From NCBI GenBank assembly GCA_003141715.1, contig PLNF01000096.1, forward strand, positions 2,365 through 66,364: 64,000 nucleotides of DNA, written 5' to 3'. Source of the stretch: Bacteroidales bacterium (GTDB lineage Bacteria > Bacteroidota > Bacteroidia > Bacteroidales > VadinHA17). Both the position numbers and the translations under genes were made by a program. The first letter of the stretch is position 1. Every line of letters starts with the position of its first letter. Shown here in pieces: positions 57,962 to 64,000 of the stretch. Under the pieces are notes generated by a model. The model was given only the letters and a program-made list of their open reading frames with translations, ran no database searches and was not told where the DNA came from.

Positions 57962-58813
57962 TTAATAAGTCTTAATTGAGGTCAGTTCAAAATCTTTTAA
58001 AAGAACAAAAGTATAATTCATCTCTCTGAGTTTTGGGACAATTTTCTCCATAGCTTCTTTTGTATTCCACTCCGGGTGATTAAAATGCATAATGACTATG
58101 GCTCCCGGCTTTATATTCTTCACAACATTTTCTTCAATCAAGTTTTCAGGTGTAAACGGAACGGCATCACCCGAAAGAACCTGATAACTTATAACCGTAA
58201 TGCCTAATCTGGCGGCCATGCTGGCTGAGGCTTCATCTATAAAAGCTGTTGCTGATCTGTAAAATCGGGGGCGATGATTGGTAATGGCTTCTATTTTGCG
58301 GGCATTTGCCTCAATTTCATCAAATGCTTCTCCGGCATTTGATGTACCCTTAATTCCATATGCACTTTCCCCCGATGTTGAACAAGGTCTGTGGTTGAGA
58401 CCATGGTTTTCAATCTCAAATAAACTATCACGGCTAAGATTAAGAAATACAGCAAATTGTGAATCGATCCACTTTCCACTGACAAATAATGTTGCCGGAA
58501 TCTTTTCATTATGCAGAAAATCTATTAATTTTTTATCGTATCTGTTGCCATTTTTGCCACCACATGCATCAAATGTAAATGCAATTAATTTCTTTTGTGT
58601 AAGTATTTTTTCATCCACTCCGTTAACAAATTCGCCCCAACGTCCTGCTGGTGTGTGTGCAAATTCCGAAACAATCTTTGACTTTAATTCTGAATAGGAT
58701 CTATCATTGTTCAGCTTTTTCAGAAATGTTGCATTCGTGAATTCTTTTGCTTCCTGGGGAGAAACAGGTCCGACAAAACCCAGAATCAATAAAAGCATGA
58801 GGATGATTCGCAT
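57962..58813 (-). CDS. Polysaccharide deacetylase (NodB homology domain)
   Basis: 283-aa ORF with a signal peptide. It has FTFDACGG (TFDD-type motif 1), ENHGLNH (motif 2) and RFYRSATAF (motif 3). Confidence 0.8.
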   Translation of the reverse strand: MRIILMLLLILGFVGPVSPQEAKEFTNATFLKKLNNDRSYSELKSKIVSEFAHTPAGRWGEFVNGVDEKILTQKKLIAFTFDACGGKNGNRYDKKLIDFLHNEKIPATLFVSGKWIDSQFAVFLNLSRDSLFEIENHGLNHRPCSTSGESAYGIKGTSNAGEAFDEIEANARKIEAITNHRPRFYRSATAFIDEASASMAARLGITVISYQVLSGDAVPFTPENLIEENVVKNIKPGAIVIMHFNHPEWNTKEAMEKIVPKLREMNYTFVLLKDFELTSIKTY

Positions 58814-58961
58814 AGGAGTATTTGTTAAAATGCTTTTGAGTCTGAAACTAACCGATCAAAACTATGGTTTACGAAATGTAAGAACATACAGATCACCATC
58901 GCAGATCTCTTTATATTCAATTTTGTCATTTTTGAAAATAGTTGCCATATTTCATAATTTT

Positions 58962-59342
58962 TTACTTATTTTTTACGAATTCGATCAATTCAATTGGAGC
59001 CCCATTATGTTCAACCATTGCAACTCTTACGCCGTCAGACGGGGAGTTGGGTTCTGTTATTACTTTAAGATCACGGAATGATAGTTCATGATCCAGATCA
59101 GCAACCTCAAATGCCAGATGAGGGACTGTTTGAATTAATTTATTAACCGGGCTTCCCTCTTCATACCGCATCCACTCGATTCCAAACGGACTGCTGCTGA
59201 ATCCGAAGATATAAAGCCCGAATTGCGGCAAATATACTTCATCAGGCATAACCTTATTTGTAGGTATCCCCAGGTGATGATATTTCCATCCCCATTTTTC
59301 AATTGATTCTGGCAGTTCATTATCGAGTCTGACTTTTATCAT
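58962..59342 (-). CDS. VOC/glyoxalase-fold family protein
   Basis: 126-aa ORF with the paired beta-alpha-beta-beta-beta pattern: HHLGIPT, HLAFEVADLD, IELIEF. Confidence 0.55.
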   Translation of the reverse strand: MIKVRLDNELPESIEKWGWKYHHLGIPTNKVMPDEVYLPQFGLYIFGFSSSPFGIEWMRYEEGSPVNKLIQTVPHLAFEVADLDHELSFRDLKVITEPNSPSDGVRVAMVEHNGAPIELIEFVKNK

Positions 59343-59417
59343 AAGTTTTTTGTCATAAATTTAAATTGTTTTTTATTTTCAAAGTTCCCGGGATTTAAGT
59401 TAATTTGCAGCCAAATC

Positions 59418-59490
59418 CGGCCCGTAGCTCAGCTGGCAGAGCACGTGACTCTTAATCATGGGGTCGAGGGTTCGATTCCCTCCGGGCCGA
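59418..59490 (+). tRNA. tRNA-Lys (anticodon CTT)
   Basis: Hand-folded cloverleaf. Acceptor cggcccg/cgggccg (7 bp), D-arm gctc/gagc, anticodon arm cgtga-ctCTTaa-tcatg, T-arm gaggg-ttcgatt-ccctc, discriminator A. No CCA is encoded. Confidence 0.9.
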
Positions 59491-59665
59491 CATTTTTAAC
59501 CACCATTTATCATATTATCAGATAGATGGGTTTTTTGTTTCCCCGCATTTGTTCCACAAATACAAAAACTCATCAAAAACAAAATTTATTTTAGTGAACA
59601 TTACAAATTTATTATTATTTGATTTAATTCTTGTCGCTTCTTGATTTTGTCAATTAATCTTATAT

Positions 59666-59733
59666 GCTTCCGTCATACCGAGATTCGCAGCCTTCTAAGC
59701 TGTGGGTCGAGCATTCGAGTCGCTCCGGAATCA
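59666..59733 (+). other. Degenerate tRNA-like sequence (TCT anticodon loop, reduced D-arm), probably a tRNA pseudogene or att remnant
   Basis: Anticodon arm gcagc-ctTCTaa-gctgt, T-arm gagca-ttcgagt-cgctc (one mismatch), acceptor gcttccg/cggaatc (one mismatch). Its 3' 30 nt resemble the tRNA-Lys 3' end (about 22 of 30 identical by hand). Confidence 0.3.
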
Positions 59734-59968
59734 CAAAGACAAAGCTTAATTAAACTGATATTCAGTTGATTGAGCTTTTTAATTTCCTTATTTATTGCGA
59801 CATTTCTACAACCAAATCAGAAACTCATCAGCAATAGTCTAATATTGATAGGGAGGAGATCGTGGTTCCTAGTGCATCTTTTAAGGTCATTTTTTGTTGG
59901 TCAATTTGAACACGAATAATGTAAAACTGGTCTCTTTATGGTTATGAGATTTCTGTAGATAACGTTAT

Positions 59969-60424
59969 TTAAAACTCCATCTTTTGCAGACCTTTTTCCT
60001 GAATCTCCTTTTCAGTTGTAAAATAATATTGCATGTATATTCCACCAATCGGTTGAAATATTTTTTTGACGGCATTAAACCAACAACTATAATATAAGGA
60101 AATGTTTGCAATTGGTTGAAAATCATTATTTCCAACCTTAAAATGAGTAATATTTTGATTATGGAAAAATAATTCTCCATTATAATAAACCACAATATTG
60201 CCGCCTTCAACATAATAAAATTCGTAAGGAACATTTAACTCATACTCATATTCCTCTCGGTTGTTAAAATACGGCCTTAGATTCGGGTCAATTGGCAAAG
60301 CAAACTTAAAGGAAACTTGGTGCCATTCATTGATAGGTCCAACGTATTTTTTAATTTCGTTGTTAGGGATTTCATAATAATGAGTAAATGTCCCAGATTT
60401 GTCTCCACAGAATTTAAGTAGCAT
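59969..60424 (-). CDS. Hypothetical protein
   Basis: 151-aa ORF, Tyr/Asn-rich, with no motif I recognise. AT-rich context. Confidence 0.4.
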   Translation of the reverse strand: MLLKFCGDKSGTFTHYYEIPNNEIKKYVGPINEWHQVSFKFALPIDPNLRPYFNNREEYEYELNVPYEFYYVEGGNIVVYYNGELFFHNQNITHFKVGNNDFQPIANISLYYSCWFNAVKKIFQPIGGIYMQYYFTTEKEIQEKGLQKMEF

Positions 60425-60594
60425 AAATCATTAGTTTATAAGGTTATACGAATAACTACAAAATTGCATTAAATCGACTCTCATAGGTTTCCTCGTCCAT
60501 TAAAGATTTATCCAGGCTGCCGAAGGCAATATTGTTCAGGTTCTATTGCATTTATAAAAACAAAAATATTCCGTATTTCTCGATTTATTTCAAA

Positions 60595-61197
60595 TCAATT
60601 AGGGAATGAAGTTTTTGTCTTCCCATGGCAGTTTTTGTATTTTAGTCCACTTCCACAATCACAAGGATCATTTCTGCCTAATTTTTTCCCAAGTATGGTT
60701 GGCTTATGATAAATGTCATTAAACTCCTTTACATAGTCAATGGTTTTCAAGGAGGGTATTCTAAATGAGAATGTTGTTTTTTGACCAACATTGGTAATAG
60801 CAAAATCTCCAATCGAAATAATATCCATACCAATAATTATGTCGAAGTTACCTATAAAATTCTTGCATTCAGTTACCTTAACAAATGGAACGACCACATT
60901 ATTTGGAAGATAGATATTGACTAAATATACATTTTGCAGACTTATCCCGTCAGCATGTTGCACGTTTGCTTTTGTGGTAGGAATCAAACCTAATGATTTT
61001 GCAACAGCTGGAGTAATTGCTGAACCCGTTGCACCAGTATCCCAGAGGGCTTTTACTGGACTTACTTTTGGTGGAGTTTCTCCAGTATTTAATCTTCCAT
61101 CAAAAGGAAGAGATATGCCACAGTTATTAATAATCTCTCTTGCAAGGCCATTAAAAATTGTAGTAAAGACATTAATTCGAGGTTGGGGATTATCCAT
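60595..61197 (-). CDS. Retropepsin-like (clan AA) aspartic protease with a C-terminal SEC-C metal-binding motif
   Basis: 200-aa ORF. It has the catalytic [12 protein letters not shown], the IIIGMDIIS (ILG-x-D-like) segment and the C-terminal [16 protein letters not shown]. Confidence 0.75.
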   Translation of the reverse strand: MDNPQPRINVFTTIFNGLAREIINNCGISLPFDGRLNTGETPPKVSPVKALWDTGATGSAITPAVAKSLGLIPTTKANVQHADGISLQNVYLVNIYLPNNVVVPFVKVTECKNFIGNFDIIIGMDIISIGDFAITNVGQKTTFSFRIPSLKTIDYVKEFNDIYHKPTILGKKLGRNDPCDCGSGLKYKNCHGKTKTSFPN

Positions 61198-61493
61198 TAT
61201 GAAAAGACAACTCTTGAATGAAAAGTTTGTGTGTAAGAATCACTCCCCGGAGTGCAAACTTGAATCAAAAAAGTCCCAAGTTCGTTTGATTTCAGAGATT
61301 CAGTATAAGCTTCAGCTTCGCTGTTATAATCACCAATTACTTTGTCTCCTTTTATCACAATTACCCTTCCATTATACTTCTTCAAGAGCTCAGCTTGATG
61401 ATCGAGATAATATTTAAACTCTTTTTCTAACATAGACTTAAATTTGGACTGCAAATATAACACACAAGTTAGTGCAAAGTTATAGATTTTCAA
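61197..61493 (-). CDS. Small DUF5678-like protein, overlapping the protease gene
   Basis: The likely start is the MLEKEFKYY methionine at 61433 (78 aa). [29 protein letters not shown]...GTFLIQV follows the pattern of small proteins often found next to clan-AA proteases. Its stop and the protease start share one base (TAATG). Confidence 0.5.
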   Translation of the reverse strand: MKIYNFALTCVLYLQSKFKSMLEKEFKYYLDHQAELLKKYNGRVIVIKGDKVIGDYNSEAEAYTESLKSNELGTFLIQVCTPGSDSYTQTFHSRVVFS

Positions 61494-61538
61494 ATTTTTT
61501 TTGACAAATCACCACTAATCAGTCTTTAAGTTAAGCAA

Positions 61539-61625
61539 AACCCCCGAATTTCTCTAGGGCCTCGCTGCATCGGTTTGTTGCTTTCCAAGCTGAGACTAGT
61601 GGGTTCGAATCCCTTTCCCCGCTCA
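61539..61625 (+). repeat. Copy A of a repeat of about 48 nt, fused to a degenerate tRNA-Gly(TCC)-like 3' half
   Basis: aacccccgaatttctctagggcctcgctgc... is followed at 61581..61625 by ctTTCCaag...gggttcgaatccctttccccgctca. That segment resembles the anticodon loop, T-arm and acceptor 3' strand of tRNA-Gly. Confidence 0.6.
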
Positions 61626-61731
61626 CTGAAAATAAAGAAGTTAAAGGAATTAAACTCTTTTTTTGTATATCAATTTGCACTGATTTTGTATACTTCAAAT
61701 AATATAACACTCTGAGAAGGGAAGATTGCAG

Positions 61732-62607
61732 TTATTTCTCTTTAAAATATTCAGAGTAGTTTTTCATATTTCGAAGGTCATCTGAATTAGTTTGGATTGC
61801 TAAAACTAGTTTATGGTCAAGTTGATATGTCTGAATTAAGAAATAGCATAAAATACCCTCAACTGTACAAAATAAAATAAAAAGCAAAAGAAATTTTATT
61901 GTAAAAATTGATTGTATAATTACAATTGGATTGAATGTAATTGCGAGTTCCTCGTTATTCGGTACTGGCATAAAATGCAGTGAGTAAATTACAGTCAACG
62001 GAAATGAAATCATTAGAATAATGATTATTATCCTTAATGGTTTAATAGTGCTTATAAACGAATTAAGATCTTGTAAATTTTGCTGAAAATGTTGGATGAG
62101 TGTGTGGGATTCTACTTCTAATTGGTTTATGGCTTCTCGTTCAGCATTTAAACTATCCCATAGTCCGACTGGTGCAATTTTAGAAAGGAGTTTTCTTTGA
62201 ATAATCGAAAATCCCTCTTGCACTGGAATGTGACGAGGTCTATATTCTTCATATAATTTATTAAATGCCTCTAATACTGAATCATCAATTTTGAACAGAT
62301 TACTGTTATTTTGGTAAATCTTATTTAATATTTCAACTTGATTAAGATTTTCAAACTCGCCATTTTCAATTGAGTCTTTTAAATCACTGTCATAAAAAAC
62401 ACTCAAATTTGTATACCAAGAAAAATGTCTTATTGAAATACTTGCTTTGAGGTGATTGAAGTCTATTAAAAGTTGATCAAAATGAGAAATAGTTGCGCTT
62501 ATTTTCTCATTAAGTCCAAGTAGTCTTGAAATAATAAATGCTCCAATTATTCCAATTAGCGCTGCTGCACTTTGAGAAAAGGAGCTAAAAAACCAGTTCC
62601 AGTCCAT
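61732..62607 (-). CDS. Membrane protein, unknown function (one N-terminal and two C-terminal TM helices around a helical soluble domain)
   Basis: 291-aa ORF. Hydrophobic segments are AAALIGIIGAFIISRLL, LRIIIIILMISFPLTVIY and FLLLFILFCTVEGILCYFLI. Confidence 0.5.
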   Translation of the reverse strand: MDWNWFFSSFSQSAAALIGIIGAFIISRLLGLNEKISATISHFDQLLIDFNHLKASISIRHFSWYTNLSVFYDSDLKDSIENGEFENLNQVEILNKIYQNNSNLFKIDDSVLEAFNKLYEEYRPRHIPVQEGFSIIQRKLLSKIAPVGLWDSLNAEREAINQLEVESHTLIQHFQQNLQDLNSFISTIKPLRIIIIILMISFPLTVIYSLHFMPVPNNEELAITFNPIVIIQSIFTIKFLLLFILFCTVEGILCYFLIQTYQLDHKLVLAIQTNSDDLRNMKNYSEYFKEK

Positions 62608-62702
62608 GTTTACATATTTTCATCTCTCGTAATCAAAGTTACGAATTTCCAAAGAATAGGATTAAAACAGTACATTCCGGTGCAGATGTCCGGGGCTTAA
62701 GG

Positions 62703-63110
62703 TTACTTATAACTTTTAATAGCCGACCATGTACCTGGTACATAATCAACATTAGAAAAATAGCTGCCATTCATCTGATTGAATTTGGAATTAACTATGC
62801 CTCTAAAATTTAAAATAGCTGGGTCTTGCCATAAACAATCAATTAAAACCGAATCACCTTTTATCTTACTCGTGGAAAGTAATTTCATTTCATTTATTAT
62901 AAATGTGTTATCAATAAAACTAGTGTCTGTTATAGAGCCAGCAAGAGCATTATTATCATTTTGAACAAGATTCAAATTGCAATACCTAATATAATTTCCC
63001 TGCATAGTTATTGTAAATTTCCAATTACCTGTTAGAGCTAATGTCGAATCATTTTCCTTTTTACATGAGAAAATAACCAAAGTCAGAATTAAGAAATATG
63101 CTGTTTTCAT
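62703..63110 (-). CDS. Small lipoprotein, unknown function
   Basis: 135-aa ORF. MKTAYFLILTLVIFSC is a signal peptide with a lipobox Cys. Confidence 0.5.
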   Translation of the reverse strand: MKTAYFLILTLVIFSCKKENDSTLALTGNWKFTITMQGNYIRYCNLNLVQNDNNALAGSITDTSFIDNTFIINEMKLLSTSKIKGDSVLIDCLWQDPAILNFRGIVNSKFNQMNGSYFSNVDYVPGTWSAIKSYK

Positions 63111-63169
63111 AAAAATGAATTTTAATGTAAGTTACGATTTTCTAAATATTCACGCCATATTGAAACGAG

Positions 63170-63232
63170 AACCCCCGGATTTCTCCAGGGGGCTCGCTGC
63201 GGGGATTCGTGCTTTAACCCCTCCCCGGTCAT
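63170..63232 (+). repeat. Copy B of the repeat of about 48 nt
   Basis: aacccccggatttctccagggggctcgctgcggggattcgtgcttt is roughly four fifths identical to copy A by hand alignment. It can form cccccgga/tccaggggg and gggg/cccc hairpins. Confidence 0.6.
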
Positions 63233-63381
63233 GGTATGACAGAGCTAATTTATGAAGCTAAACATCTTAAGGCTTCAGATCCAATAGGCCAGGAATTAGG
63301 ACGATAATGAAAATAAACTATAATTACCAGGATAATCCTCACACTTATTCTAAACCTTAATATATTATTGCTAGTCAATTT

Positions 63382-63609
63382 ATGAAATATCATATCGACT
63401 CGATTCGTACATTATCAATTGATTGTTCTGGTGACTTCGCATATGCTGTTACCCGTTACGATGCAACCAATAACGGCCAAACAGCTTTCGGTGTTAATAT
63501 TGTTGTCCTTAAAAAGATCGGCGGCAAATGGCTTATCGTAGCTCATGAAGCAGCTGTACCCGATCCAAATATGTCGATTCAGAGCCTGTATACTCTAAAA
63601 TCTCACTGA
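63382..63609 (+). CDS. SnoaL/DUF4440-like (NTF2-fold) fragment, probably N-terminally truncated
   Basis: The 75-aa ORF ends ...VVLKKIGGKWLIVAHEAAVPDP, typical of the last strands of the NTF2-like fold. The usual N-terminal helices are missing. Confidence 0.35.
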   Translation: MKYHIDSIRTLSIDCSGDFAYAVTRYDATNNGQTAFGVNIVVLKKIGGKWLIVAHEAAVPDPNMSIQSLYTLKSH

Positions 63610-63786
63610 TTTCGAATTTGTCCTTGCAGTTGAAGGCAACCAAGTAATAATTTTATTGCATTGTGATAATTTAATGCTTAATTTTGGTATTACCCGGAGA
63701 TGCTGTCGAGTTCTGAAACAAGATGTCGCATCAGTACCGGTTAAACATCTGATTTATAATTTATTAAATAATTGGAGGAAATCGTT

Positions 63787-64000
63787 ATGAAAACCAGAAG
63801 CTCTTTTTCAGTATTGATCTTTTTTGTCATTATTGCCATCGGTTTAGCCATCGCTTATTCTGCAAATAGTGCTCTGGCAGGTACAGGAACTATGGTTATT
63901 GGGGTAATTACGTTTCTTCTTGCTATTATTATTTCAGCTGCAATTAAGATAGCTGACCAGTGGGAAAAAGCTGTAGTCTTACGTTTAGGCCGTTTCCAGT
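63787..64000 (+). CDS. SPFH/band-7 (stomatin/slipin-like) protein, N-terminal part (runs off the window)
   Basis: Found by eye: ATG at 63787 preceded by ggagga. MKTRSSFSVLIFFVIIAIGLAIA...IKIADQWEKAVVLRLGRFQ gives a TM anchor followed by the start of the SPFH domain. Confidence 0.7.
   Translation, partial: MKTRSSFSVLIFFVIIAIGLAIAYSANSALAGTGTMVIGVITFLLAIIISAAIKIADQWEKAVVLRLGRFQ

Noticed and set aside
61539-61625. Copy A read as a functional tRNA-Gly or a tmRNA
   Set aside because: - The anticodon stem, T-stem and acceptor stem do not pair (only 2-3 bp each).
- No 5' acceptor strand complementary to tccccgc exists upstream.
- It is a remnant, not a gene.

Overview
The window looks like low-GC chromosomal DNA, probably Bacteroidota. 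That assignment is an inference from gene families, TAnnTTTG-type promoter motifs and the general lack of Shine-Dalgarno sequences. All calls rest on reading the sequence and recognising motifs by eye; no database search was run.

Most of the window is ordinary housekeeping and accessory metabolism:
- Tat-exported Gfo/Idh/MocA oxidoreductase and a TIM-barrel isomerase
- a sigma-54 (NtrC-type) response regulator next to a hybrid histidine kinase
- a peptidase-rich stretch: large M28 protein, GNAT, GH2, M1 peptidase, tricorn-like S41 protease, M16 remnant, DUF5107/TPR protein
- a GMC oxidoreductase / aldehyde dehydrogenase operon, cfa, an ArnT-like glycosyltransferase and a polysaccharide deacetylase

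Two regions are clearly accessory.

1. An element of about 8.8 kb (39128..47944) is visibly more AT-rich than its flanks and is inserted inside a ThuA-like gene.
- Both halves of the target gene and both att junctions can be read directly.
- It carries a large serine recombinase and a striking array of 13 CGGGAC iterons arranged as a perfect 44-bp inverted repeat, which I take to be an origin of replication.
- It also carries a RecA/RepA-like ATPase coupled to a primase of the archaeo-eukaryotic primase (AEP) superfamily, ribbon-helix-helix (RHH)-like small proteins, a lipoprotein, a GIY-YIG-like nuclease with a Lys/Tyr/His-rich repeat tail, and several unknown ORFs.
- I see no capsid, terminase or conjugation genes. 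This compact self-replicating integrative element (possibly satellite-like) is my best candidate for something new.

2. A tRNA-Lys(CTT) at 59418..59490 is followed by an AT-rich stretch (to about 63300).
- It contains degenerate tRNA 3'-end copies and a duplicated noncoding repeat of about 48 nt.
- It also holds an overlapping two-gene module of unknown role: a small DUF5678-like protein and a retropepsin-like protease with a SEC-C tail.

Across the window, heptamer-phased low-complexity tracts sit directly after many stop codons.
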